Position numbers and translations under genes: made by a program. A stretch of 63,471 nucleotides of DNA, the filler included, from Vannella sp. (lineage: Eukaryota): the NCBI GenBank assembly GCA_023345925.1. It is 9 parts of 9 records of this genome, joined end to end, with 100 filler letters (N's around TTAATTAATTAA, not from the genome) between each part and the next. Parts side by side here need not be neighbours in the genome. Positions count along the whole stretch, not along the records: positions 6,363 to 15,694 come from JAJQQN010000916.1; positions 15,795 to 21,306 come from JAJQQN010000840.1; 7 more parts are not named here. One strand, written 5' to 3'. Below, one piece after another: positions 10,282-21,406 of this stretch. Within the stretch, counting starts at the first letter, position 1. Every line of letters begins with the position of its first letter. The notes beneath the pieces were generated by a model, which saw nothing but the letters and a program-made list of their open reading frames with translations, searched no databases and was not told where the DNA came from.

Positions 10282-11945
10282 CTACTCAGAGTCACTGTCA
10301 AAGGTGACACGCGAGGCGGCCTTCATCGGGGCGTCGTCAGAGTAGTGAGCGCCGTACATTCCGTGGTCCTTCTTCTTCTTAATGCTTGGCCCGAAGGCCT
10401 CCAAGTCAGAGGGAACCTCCTGGTTGGCCTCCTTGAGGATGCGGCAGAGATCTCCGGCTTTTGGCTTCTCCTCGATGGTGAAGAAGGTGTGGGCGATGCC
10501 GGTCTTGTTGGCGCGTCCTGTGCGGCCGATGCGGTGAATGTAGTCTTCAATGGTCAGGGGGAAGGTGTAGTTGATCACATATTCGACGTTGGGGATGTCC
10601 AGGCCTCGAGAGGCGACGTCTGTGGCGACTAACAGGGGGACAGACCCATCTTTGAAGCCGTTAAAGGCGGCAGTGCGTTGGTCCTGGCCCATATCACCGT
10701 GAATACCTTTCACGTTCCACCCGTCATTCCATAGCTTGCTCTCCACTCGCGCAGCCTCCTTCTTGTACAAGCAGAAGATGAGAATGCGGTTCTTCTGGTC
10801 GTGGTACTTTGTGAGCAGCTGCGTAAGACGGCGCTCCTTCCCTCGAGGGTCAATCACCTCCACGATCTGCGTCACACGTGTGTTTGCAGAGAGATCGTCC
10901 GAGCCAATGATGACCTTGACAGGGTTGGAAAGGTATTTTCCCGCCAACGCTCGGATCTCCTCGGGCCAGGTGGCGCTGAACATGGCTGTTTGGCGTTTGT
11001 CTGGGAGGTGGCTCATAATCTTCTTGATGTCAGGCTCGAAGCCCATGTCCAGCATGCGATCGGCCTCGTCCAACACCAAATACGAGCAGCGGGAAAGATC
11101 GCACTCTCCTGCCTCTGCAAGGGCGATCAGACGGCCAGGGGTAGCGAATACTACTTGGCAACCTGTCTTGAGGGCTTTGGTCTGCTCTCTGCGGTCCATT
11201 CCTCCTGCAATGCAGATGGAAGTGATTCCAGTCTTGGCTGAGGCTTCGTTACAGACAATGTCGCTCTGCATGGCCAACTCTCGAGTAGGAGCAAGTACAA
11301 GAATGCTAGGTTGGCATTTGCGAGCCTTACCAGGCACAGACTGGCCCATACGGACAATCCCAGGAAGCAAGAAAGCCAAGGTCTTGCCTGATCCTGTCTC
11401 CGCGATCCCGATCAGGTCTCTAAGTGATCCAAAGGAGTAAGTGAAGGTCATAGGTTGTTGCAAGGCGCCTTTTACCTTCCTGATAGTCCAATGGGCCAGC
11501 ATTGAGCTTGAATGGGAGTGGGCGTCTTGAATCCTTCACAGAAGGCATCCAAGAGAGGCGTAGAGTCTGGGAACGTGCTCTTGCACTCATCAAAGGTCAG
11601 GATGGGTAGAATATCTTCCGTAGCCTTCCCCATGGAGACAGAGATGCGGTTCTCATCGCGGAACTTTTGGATCGCCGCTGCATCTGAGCAGGAGTTAGTA
11701 AAGGGTGTCCGATCCACAATGAAAGGTGTACCTGGAGCCCCAGGGGTTGTGGAGGAGAGCTTCCTCTTCTTAGGAGTAGAAGCACCAGCGTCTTCCGCGT
11801 CCCGTTTCCGTTTCTTCGTCTTCTCAACGGAAGCAGGAGAGGAAGAAGGAGCAGCTGTAGTTGCCTTTGGTGTTTTCTCCTTCTTTTCTTTCTTTTGCTT
11901 CTTCTCGTGCTTGCTGCCCGAAGCCTTCACTGCCGGTCCTCCCAT
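10282..11945 (-). CDS. DBP3: DEAD-box RNA helicase, Dbp3-like
   Basis: Lys-rich N-terminus; PTPIQAQCW, AETGSGKT, LDEAD, SAT and HRIGRTGR motifs; Dbp3-type C-terminus KKKKDHGMYGAH; intron at about 11425-11476. Confidence 0.85.
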
Positions 11946-12319
11946 GCCAGAACGAAATGATTATTTCCAGTCCCATTCATACGCTTCATTTCATGGCCCT
12001 TTTGACAATGCACCTGCCCATTCAATGGCCTTTCTCCCGAACGCCATTCCAACGACCTGGTCACGTGATCGGACTTCTTCCTTGGTGGCCTCCCAAAGCG
12101 GAGTTTGAGCCTCTTTCCGTCTTTGTGGAGGACGAAAGAAGGGGCTGGAGGTTAACATTTCCTTCCCCCATTCCTTTCCAGTCCTTCCCCTCCCATCCTC
12201 CATTTCCATTCCATTCCTTCCCTTTTTGAGTGGCCAGAGAAGAGTGTTGGGGTCAAGGCATCTGTAATGTCAATAAGAAAGCTCAGCAAATACGCAAAGA
12301 AGCAACCAGTGAGTCCTTG

Positions 12320-13293
12320 TCAGTGGGAAGGGGGCAGGGGGAGGGTTTCAGTGAGCGGAGAAAGCTGTGCATTGTAGTAGGCTTCCACTTCTTCCAAAGA
12401 GGGAATCAGAATGTCAGCGTTCGTGATGGTCTCGCAGATATGGTCTGTCCATTGGGGAAGCGCGCCTTTGAGCTCTTTCTGAGTGGTTTCCCTCGAAGGA
12501 AAAAGGAATCGGCATTGCAAAGCCAGCACGCGATCCTCCCATGCGCAAGCGGGATACTCGACCGCATGGCGGATCGTGTGAGGGGTTCCCAAGTATACAT
12601 CTCCTGGTCTTTGAGGGTGCACGGTGTGTCCTTCTACAGTGCGAGAGAGATGGACGACTCTGTGGCCCATCAGACCAATGGCCAGATGGAAGGAGCTGTT
12701 GGGGCCGTCGCAATGCCATCCCACCAAGTCTCCATCGATAGCATCACCCCAATGGAACTGAATAGCGACGTCCCCCAGATGGTAGTCCGCCTCTACGAAG
12801 CCTCCAAAGGGGCTCTTCTCAAAGGCGCTCCGAATCCACGATGCGTTCTGTTGTTTGAAGCAGTTCAGGAACGCAACCACCCTCACAGGAGCGCGGTGCT
12901 TCTCCATTTCAGTGCCAAAGCGCGGGTTCATGGACTGGACGGGCTGGGGAGCGAGCAGGCCGTGGGCGTAGCCTTCAAAGTAGTGATGAGTGGGGACTAG
13001 GGGTTGATCAATGGCGCGCTTTAGGGCCCAATGCTGTGCAAATGCCGGCTGGTCGCTCTCAAAAGAGCGGGAATAGAGCTCTTCATCTTCCAGGAGCCAA
13101 GCAAGTAACTGGGGGCTCATCTGGAGTTGTCGGAAAGCTCCCTTTGCATCAAATGGCTGCATACTCCTCAGCCGCCGTAGCTCCTCTCCTGCCAACACTG
13201 GTGCAACCACAGCCTCGGACTGCACAGGTCCGGCTGCCGACCTGAAGGCTCCCATCCACATCGCCCCTCTGAGAATGAAAGCCACGAGGACAT
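12320..13293 (-). CDS. Putative 2OG-Fe(II) dioxygenase-fold protein
   Basis: WHCD...HAV...R motif arrangement with GDVY; probable short first exon MSSWLSF followed by an intron of about 44 nt. Confidence 0.55.
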
Positions 13294-13439
13294 ATCCTAA
13301 AGCAAAACAGACGCCATTTCAAATCAATCAAATAATCGCTAACTAAAACCGACTGGGGTGTTCCTTTCCGGAGAGAGTTCCCGGCCACTAACTCCGTTGA
13401 AAAGTGCTTCTAAATTCGACTGGCACCAATGCGAATGAT

Positions 13440-13496
13440 GATTTTATATGTTTTAAAGAGGGCACTTTTCCATCGTTTGATAGGATGTTCAAATGA
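13440..13496 (+). repeat. Dispersed repeat A, copy 2
   Basis: gattttatatgttttaaagagggcacttttccatcgtttgataggatgttcaaatga, similar to 6363-6420. Confidence 0.8.
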
Positions 13497-14228
13497 CTTT
13501 GGTGAATATCTCTGCAGATCCTTTGATGCTGTCTGAATACATCGAGATGCACATGCGGGCTCGAAGTCGGACACCCATCACTGACACCACATGCAGTCGT
13601 TATCTCCCTTTGACTTTGACGCCAGTAGAAAAGTCGGATGAATGGCTCGTTCAGATAGCGCCGATATTCAGAAGGGAAGATTTGGAGCTGAAGATGAAAG
13701 AATATCTCAGTGGAATGGAAAAGTTACCAGTGACAGGGGGTGCGTGGCAGAAGAAGGAGCGCAACGTTGAGACGTCTCTGAGACTTTTTTTAGCTACTAT
13801 ACCTATCACGACTATGTCAGCCAACTTTCAGTCAGTCCCCCGACACTGGCTTAGCACCAATTGTTTCCCTTCCTCGAAGATACAGGTGTGCTTGACCAGG
13901 AACTTGCCTCTTCAAAAAACAGGAAGAACCCACCTATTTCAAGTCCAATCTTCAAATTCTGCATTCTCACCAAGTGGCTGATGGGATGCCAACTGTTGCA
14001 TTGGAGTGTTCAGGTCAGCCTGGCTGGGATTGCTCCGACTGTAGGTTCAATCTAGAAGCGGCCAATGGAAGATCCCTCATCGTCTTGCTTCAGGCGAAGT
14101 ACCGGAGGTCAGTCCAGCCAAATGACTCTGAGAAGTTTGTCATAGAGTCGGCGATGGTGGCTAAGGATTCTCCGGGGTGCCTTGTAATGGCAATTTTCCT
14201 TCGACGTAGCATGACCCGCACTGTATGA
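13493..14228 (+). CDS. Orphan ORF pair, possibly one gene with a PD-(D/E)xK-like (D...QxK) nuclease motif, or a pseudogene
   Basis: A 37-nt GT-AG segment (about 13886-13922) joins the two ORFs in frame; motif SDCRFNLEAANGRSLIVLLQAKY. Confidence 0.3.
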
Positions 14229-15901
14229 ACCATCCACGTCCTCCTCAGCTTCAATGAAATGTCAAACGGCCTCACTTTCACTTGCCAGGGAGAAAATCCA
14301 CGAGGCCAGGCAACCTCCTCACCTGCAAATCGATGGCGAGTGGGTGGAATCAGATTTTCGGCGTCCAATGCGATCCGTCGCCAAGGGAGGGAGAGAACAT
14401 CCACAATGAAGAGGAAGAGGGCGCCTGTGTTTGCGTTGCCTCAGACTAAACCTTCATAATGACTCTCTTAATGTTCGCAACAAAACCAGCGCCATTCTGA
14501 GGGACGGCGATACGGCGAGCACGATTGTTCTCAGAAAAGGAAATCTTGGGGGTCCAACCAGGAGGCGATACTGCGCTCCAAGAACCGCTTTCCAGGATGA
14601 GGACTGGCAGCTTCGTCATTTGCCTCCTCTCTGTTGTGCAAGAGCATTGACAAAAGGCCATGTTGCAGCGCAAGAGCGAACCCGCTCTGCTTGTTCATAA
14701 GTCTCGCAGAGGGCCATGTTGGTGTATTGTATTTGACAGCGGTGGCGTGGGACCAACGATTGGACATCAAAGAAGGCTCCTCTCCAGACTTTCCTTTGCC
14801 CAGCGGACTCACGTTGCATCCTCTTTGTACCATCTGGTCCAAGGACTCAGCCAAAGGGACAGCCACAAAGGCCTCATCCTTGGGCCATGAAGAAGCAGTG
14901 TCTGAAGGAGGAACCGAAGGAGACAAGCGTTAGCGCCAGCACGCCAAAGGAAACGAAAGCCTTCACACAATCAGACGTGCCGTATGTAAATAAACGTGTT
15001 TGGTACTCTTACCTTCATGGGAGGGCTTCCACTCGCTGGAAGCACCAAGAACCCATGAAAGGGGATATCGATGAGGAACGGATGAGGTGGAGCTCAACGA
15101 AGAACCTATGGAGAGCTAGGGCAGACTGGAAGCTCATCAAACGGTTTGAAGCAAGTTAAAGAGAACATGGAAGCCCACTTGAGGGCGGAAGGACCCTGCA
15201 GGTTGATGCTGAATCAACGGAAGAGAGATGGAGCACTACGTCGTGCTGCAGAGGGTATAGGAAACGAATGCCTCCTGTAGCAAGCGAGGTTCGAGAGGCT
15301 CCTTTGGATCAATCCTCGAGGCTGACAGGGTGGGGGCGAGAGCTGAGCTTCCCCTCTTCCTCGCGCAACTGTTTCTCTCCGTCTTCATCGTCGAGGCTTG
15401 GATATGACAAAGTCACAGAAAGTCTTCTCTTCAGTGGCAATGCAACCGCTTCTCTGACGCTTCTTGGTAGGGGACACTAATCAGGCCTCTTGCCAGACTG
15501 AGGAGGACTCTGGTGAACACAATACCGCGAGTCATTCATTCATGGGAGACCAGATCAGTTTGGGGAGGCTTTCAGAAGAGCCAGATGGTCCTCTCCTTCC
15601 TGCCGGACGTTCCCTCTCAAGAGAAGGAACCAACAAGCGTCCTTCCTATCTCACTGCTTCTGTTGTATCTCTATTAGTTTCGAAGATACCATGANNNNNN
15701 NNNNNNNNNNNNNNNNNNNNNNNNNNNNNNNNNNNNNNTTAATTAATTAANNNNNNNNNNNNNNNNNNNNNNNNNNNNNNNNNNNNNNNNNNNNCTTTGG
15801 ACCCGTACACGCTGGAGTAAACGCTGCAGGGTGTGATGCGCTCACCCACATGGCCAGAGGGCGATGAATAACTGCCCATTCAATGAAGCAGATGCCATCC
15901 C

Positions 15902-16615
15902 ATGGAGCCCCCTTCAAAGAGGCAACGCACAGAGGACATGGCGAACCGCACCTTGATTGCCGCGCTGGAGGGCGCTCTCCGTGGTGCTGCGTCGCCTTCC
16001 AAAGCGGTGGTGATGAAGAAGTACATGCGAGATCAGTTCGAGTACCTTGGATTGGCCGCTCCTGAGCGACGAGCGTTGCAGAAGGAGGCGATGAAAGTGC
16101 ACAAAGTGGAGTCCTTGAAGGAGCTTTGCGATACTGTTCATCACCTCTGGAGTCTGGAAGAGCGCGAGTTTCAGTACGTTGCCATGGAGATGTGGACGCA
16201 GTATCACAACCTTTGGACTCCTTCTGTCCTTGAAGACTTTCGGCAGTGCATCCTCTCGAAGAGTTGGTGGGATACGATCGATTACCTCGCACCCACGTGT
16301 GTTGGTAAGCTGATACAGAAGTTCCCAGAGGTGCAGGTCGAGATGGACAAGTGGAGCGCCGACGAGGACCTTTGGATCAAGCGCTCCGCCGTCCTGCACC
16401 AGCTCAAGTACAAAGAAGGCACGAACGAGGAGATGTTCTTTCGCCACTGCCACTCTATGATGGGAGAAGAGGACTTCTTCATCCGCAAGAGCATCGGCTG
16501 GGCTTTGAGGGAGTTCTCGAAGACCAACCCAGAGGCTGTTCGCATCTTCATTGAGGAGAACCGTGAAGGGCTCTCCCCACTCTCTATCAAAGAGGGCTCC
16601 AAGTATCTCCCATAA
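15902..16615 (+). CDS. alkD: DNA alkylation repair glycosylase, AlkD family
   Basis: MKKYMRDQFEYLGL, EREFQY, KSWWDTID, LWIKRSA..HQLKYK and FFIRKSIGWALRE motifs; intronless. Confidence 0.92.
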   Translation: MEPPSKRQRTEDMANRTLIAALEGALRGAASPSKAVVMKKYMRDQFEYLGLAAPERRALQKEAMKVHKVESLKELCDTVHHLWSLEEREFQYVAMEMWTQYHNLWTPSVLEDFRQCILSKSWWDTIDYLAPTCVGKLIQKFPEVQVEMDKWSADEDLWIKRSAVLHQLKYKEGTNEEMFFRHCHSMMGEEDFFIRKSIGWALREFSKTNPEAVRIFIEENREGLSPLSIKEGSKYLP

Positions 16616-16752
16616 AGAGGCGTTTAGAATAGCTCCTTTCTCACCCAAGCGGGGTTTCCCTCCTCAGAGTCCAGCAGTGCTGGCCTCTGCGTCTCTCTCT
16701 CTCAGAGAAGAGAGATGCAACTTGACTTTGAAGATGAGCGCATGTAGAGACT

Positions 16753-17355
16753 CTACTTTGAAGGGAGGGAAGTGTTCTCCTCATCCGGTAGTTGGTGTTC
16801 GTCGTGGGACTTGTGAGCAATGTTGGAGAGGAGTGTGTTCCAACCAAGACTCACCAAAGACACAAAGAGTACGCGTTGGCGCTCAGGGATGTACTTGAAG
16901 GTCACAAAGTTGGCGAAGGGCCACACACAGTAGTTCAACTTGAGCGCTTCGACGTAGTTGTTCTTCAGACCCGTCTTGAGTTGCTCCAGGTTCTTCCCTT
17001 CAGAGGCTCCGATGAGAGTGGTGATCGTCGCCAGCAAAACAGGGGCGAACAGGGTCTGATCAAGGGCCAGCTTCTTCAAGGCGGCAACTGTGCCAACCCC
17101 AGTGACTGAGCGTTCAAGGAAGAGGTACCAGTGGTGCAGTACTGGGCCAATGGCACAGCCAATCGCCGTCATCCGCCCAACACGGACCCAGTTGACCTTC
17201 CGCCCCCCTGGCAGGTCTCCTCTTGCCTCGATCAGTTGCGCGATGACATCACCCGCACCCATTAGCGTGCCACACGTGACCCCTTTCACCAATCGTGGAC
17301 TCCTTTGCAGAGCTCGGTCGTACACTACCGCCACCGACCTCAATGAACGGAGCAT
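16753..17355 (-). CDS. Mpv17/PMP22 family membrane protein
   Basis: GDVIAQ, HHWYLFLE, KLALDQTLFAP and VWPFANFVTFKYIP...WNTLLS motifs. Confidence 0.92.
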   Translation of the reverse strand: MLRSLRSVAVVYDRALQRSPRLVKGVTCGTLMGAGDVIAQLIEARGDLPGGRKVNWVRVGRMTAIGCAIGPVLHHWYLFLERSVTGVGTVAALKKLALDQTLFAPVLLATITTLIGASEGKNLEQLKTGLKNNYVEALKLNYCVWPFANFVTFKYIPERQRVLFVSLVSLGWNTLLSNIAHKSHDEHQLPDEENTSLPSK

Positions 17356-17685
17356 CAATGAATGGCCTTCCCTCTCGCGTTTACAGGCCAGTTGGAGGAG
17401 GAGGCGTTTCCCCTAACTTGAAGGAAACACTTCTCTTCCTTCACCTTCTCCGCTCTCCCACGAACGCTCCTCCTTCCGGCCTTCCAGGAATCTGGCTGGT
17501 GATTGGCGGAGTGGGTTGCAGGAAAGACAGAATAAGTCGAGCAAGAAGAGTACGAAGAGAAGAGGAGTGCTTTGAACAGACAGGGGAGAGGAAAGTGGTT
17601 CCTTCCAGCCCTCTTAAGTCTCGGAGTGAATGATTGAAGTCAGTTGAAGTTCATTCCGATGTGGGAAAGGGTGATTGAGTGGCCG

Positions 17686-20600
17686 TTATCCAGTGAGAGA
17701 GGAAGAAGCAAGTTGAGCAATGTTGTAGTCCCAAGCCTGAGAGATGTCAGGTAAGCTTCCTTCAGAAAGCTGGATTGAATGCACTTACCCAATCCGTTGT
17801 GGTCTCGCCAATGTAGGAGCTCAGAACAGGCCAATTCTCAGAAACGAACTTGAATGTGAGGTCCAAACTCGACTGCAAAGCTCTCTCATCCATTGAGAAC
17901 GGTGTCAGTGTAGAAGAAGCAAGTGCTAGAGCGAGCCAAGTGTCAATGACTTGGAAGGGCAAAGAGAGAGAGACTCTTACTTGGGCGAATTCCTGCCCAA
18001 TCTTGAATGTCTTGGAAGAACTTCTGGGTGCGATTCAGGATGAATCCGTTCAATTGAGAGAAGGAATTGCCAGTCTCAAGGAAGAGGTTCTGCGTTGCCT
18101 TTTTGGTGAAGATGTCTGAAATGATAGCAAGTGTCCTTCTTGGCTTGGGACCGGGTGTGGTACTTAGCACTTTGAATAAAACGGGGTTTTCGATAATTGG
18201 ACAGATCACAGAGAGGACGAATGTCTGCCCAATGACTTGTTGTTTTTGGAGGGCCAAGAAGGAGAAGATTCGCCAAATGTCTGGAGGGAGAGTGGGTAAC
18301 TTTGAAGTGATTTCTGTCTGCCATTCTTCGCATAGATTGACGAGAGTGGATGTTGTTTCACCACTTTGCATCAATTGCGCTTCTGTCATTCGGTCAGGGT
18401 CAATCTATGATGCCTTGTTAGTGCGAGGGAAGAGTTTAAACGGTGGAACTTGCCTCTGCATGGACGCTATGTGTTACAATGCGCTCAATTAGGCCTCCTA
18501 GAAGGTGTGAAGCAACTTTGATATTGACCATGCGGATGTAGCACGTCACCATCTGGCTAATGATAGAATTATTCATAGCAGCGCCCCTTGTATCAATCTC
18601 CACGTCCAGCCAATAGATAAGCATCACATAGGTCTTCTCAGGATAGATCCACCCAAATACAGTTAATACACTTCCAGCAAAAGCTTCTTTCTGTTGATAA
18701 GGAATGATTTCCTCAGCTTTCTCTGCCATAGAGGCAATGAGAGCGTCTTGTGCAACAAGTTGAGCAAACAGGTTCACCACCGGGTCGGCAGCGGTATCGA
18801 AATGACCTTGCTGGTGCTGTCCTCGTAGATGGTCAAGAACAGCCTGGAGAAGATGAACAACCCGAATACGAGCGATTCCGTCCACATTAACATCCAAACT
18901 GGAGGGAATTTGATGCACCAAGTCCTTTGCTTTGATGGCGCTGTGGAGTGTGGAGAGGTTGCTCTCTTTAGTCTCCGTGTACTTGAGTGCGGGTTTGAAG
19001 AGTCCCACTTCCAAAACGGGCTCTTTTGTCACTTTCAAGAAGAAAGACTCCAAGGCTGGTTGCGACTGTGCCAGCCAAGCATTGAGGGGGAGCATGAACA
19101 CTTCCTTGAGTTCAGTGCCGTTTGCTAAGCACTGAAGCATTTTTGAAGCCAAAATCATTCCCCGCTTGACGTTTGAGGACTTCAGCTTTGGATGGGTTAT
19201 TCCGAAGGAGACTGGAGCTGCAATAGCAACACAGAAGAAACGGAGGAAGATGAAATTCACAACACCAAAGTAAGGCTTCTCTGGGAAAGCTTCACGCACA
19301 GAAACCTCCAAAAAGTGGGAGAGAATCCGGAACTGCAAAGGCATGTCTGGCACAGAGTCGATAATGGCTTCGAATATCTCTTGTGTGAGAGTCAATATGT
19401 TTTGTTGGTTCTTCTCTGTGCTGTCTCCGGGCTCCATTTTGTCTGGGTTGACTTCAAAGTCCATCGATTCATCCAGAGAAGCAATGATTGGTTCCAGAGT
19501 TAACTTGAGGTAGTTGGTTCCAACCAAACGGGAGTACTTTGAAAGGCTTTTGGAGGCCAGTGAGTTGCCCCTGAAGAGGGTGTTCACGTCCAATGTTCGT
19601 TCAATTTCCTTAAGAGTCGCAAATTCGAGAACTTGTAGAACCAGCAATGGATCTGCCCGCTGGAATAGCTCAACAATGGCAGTCGAGAGAGTCTCCGACT
19701 CCTCTTCTGCGTCAGTACAAAGCGGTTTGACTAATTCCAAGTCCGAACGAACGAGAATGGTTTCCACAAAGTGAAGTCCCGCAACCGCTTTTTCAATGGA
19801 TTTTGGAATGCTCTGTTGCTGTGACCTAACCATGACAGGAAGGTGGATGCGACTGGCCTTTCGAGAATACAAGAAAGTGTCAATGGGGGCGTTTGAGGGG
19901 TCTGCTTTTGAGTCAATCTCCCAAGTGACAGGCGACGCCTCCATAGACTCTTGGCTGAGTATAGACCGTTGGTTTTTTAAGCCCTCACGGAAGCCTGTAT
20001 CGTTGATGGAGCCAGGTGGTAAAGTCGAACGGCGGGGTTGGCGGGAACCTACCTTTGGCGTCAAGGGAGAGAGGGATGGAGATAGGGATGGAGACTTCTT
20101 TGCTAAGTTGGCTTTCAGCATAGTGATCTGTTCGGCCTTCTCGGCGATGGACGCGTTCTTCTGCTCCATTAATTTGCGAATACTCTCGTCTGACTTGCTC
20201 TTTCGTTCCTGCATGGTCTTAATCCACTCGTTCAGCTTAATCACCTCAGTTTCACGTTTCTGGATCTTCCTTTCTCCGTTAGAGACCTGTTCGCTCAACG
20301 ATGAGCAACGGAGTTCGAGATCTTGGATCTGTTCGTCCAGCCCTTTCTTCTCCCTATCGTGCTTCGCGTGGAGTCGCAACACACGTTCCTTCTCTTCTGT
20401 TTCTTTGGCTCTGAGAGCAGCAATCTGCTCGGTGGCATTCACCCACAAGGCGTCCTTTTCCATCAACTGGGAAGCGAGTTGGGCGTTTTTTGACGCCATT
20501 TCAGCGAGCTGCTGCTCCAGGTCGAGCACGCGTTGCGCCATACAGGTTCTTAAGTCTTCAGATTGAAGGAACTCCTCCTCCTTTCGCCTCAGGAGGTCCT

Positions 20601-20871
20601 TCACGGTCTGAGATTCTGTCAGCCTCGCCTGTCGAAGCTTGGAGAGGGACTCTTCGCTCTCCTTGAGTGCGTTAACACGTAACTCCAGTTTGTGTTGAAG
20701 CAGGGTGTTCTCCAGCTTGATTTCGCTCACTTCCTTCTCACTCGTTCCTGCCAACCTCTGCTCCAACTCTCTCCTTGCGGTTCGCTCTTGCTGCAAAGTC
20801 GTCAGGATCCACCGTGGACAAGCCAACATATCAGCCTTCCGTTGAGCTGGATCCAGAGGAGTCTCGTCCAT
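17686..20871 (-). CDS. Coiled-coil protein with a RasGAP domain and a second degenerate GAP-like domain (3 introns)
   Basis: TLFRGNSLASK, FEVNPDK, FIFLRFFCVAIAAP and KMLQCLAN motifs; spliced C-terminus repeats EIDP...ICPIIENP; GC-AG intron at 18405-18453. Confidence 0.88.
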
Positions 20872-20894
20872 CGCACCTGCAGTCTTCGAAATGA

Positions 20895-20951
20895 CCAATC
20901 AACTCTGTGCCTTCTTCGACCAATCAGCGCACTACCTCAAGAACCAATCAG
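20895..20951 (+). promoter_or_regulatory. Three CCAATCA boxes in a bidirectional promoter
   Basis: ccaatca occurs three times, spaced about 25 nt, between the divergent RasGAP and 2OG-oxygenase starts. Confidence 0.5.
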
Positions 20952-21050
20952 ATTCGTTTAGAATTAGGTAAAATCGGTTTGCTGAAAGAAATTGACTATT
21001 TGTTCTGCGAGGAGAAAGGTGTCATTATTATTCATTACAACCCGCGCGAC

Positions 21051-21306
21051 ATGGGGCAGACATCATCAAGAAGGACTAGCGATGGCGAGCAACAGGTGGA
21101 GGAGTCTGGACGTGTCTTTGTGCCTCAAGAGCCTGTGAAGGAGGTGTTTGAGGTGGACGGACGATCTATCACGAAGCTGACCTATCGCCCACCAGGGGCG
21201 GAGGAGAAGCTGGCCTACACACTGGATGGAGTGTTCTCACAAGAAGAGTGCCAAGAATGGATCAACATCACGGAAGAGCGAGGCTATGAGCTTGCTCTTG
21301 TCAACG
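21051..21306 (+). CDS. Prolyl-4-hydroxylase-like 2OG-Fe(II) oxygenase, N-terminal fragment
   Basis: AYTLDGVFSQEECQEWINITEERGYELALVN is typical of this family's N-terminus; MGQTSS is a possible myristoylation signal; cut by contig end. Confidence 0.65.
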
Positions 21307-21406
21307 NNNNNNNNNNNNNNNNNNNNNNNNNNNNNNNNNNNNNNNNNNNNTTAATTAATTAANNNNNNNNNNNNNNNNNNNNNNNNNNNNNNNNNNNNNN
21401 NNNNNN

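Noticed and set aside
15914..16648. Long antisense ORFs over AlkD (also over ACAD, DBP3 and RasGAP, and at 12230-13000)
   Set aside because: No recognisable motifs; expected shadows of codon-biased genes.
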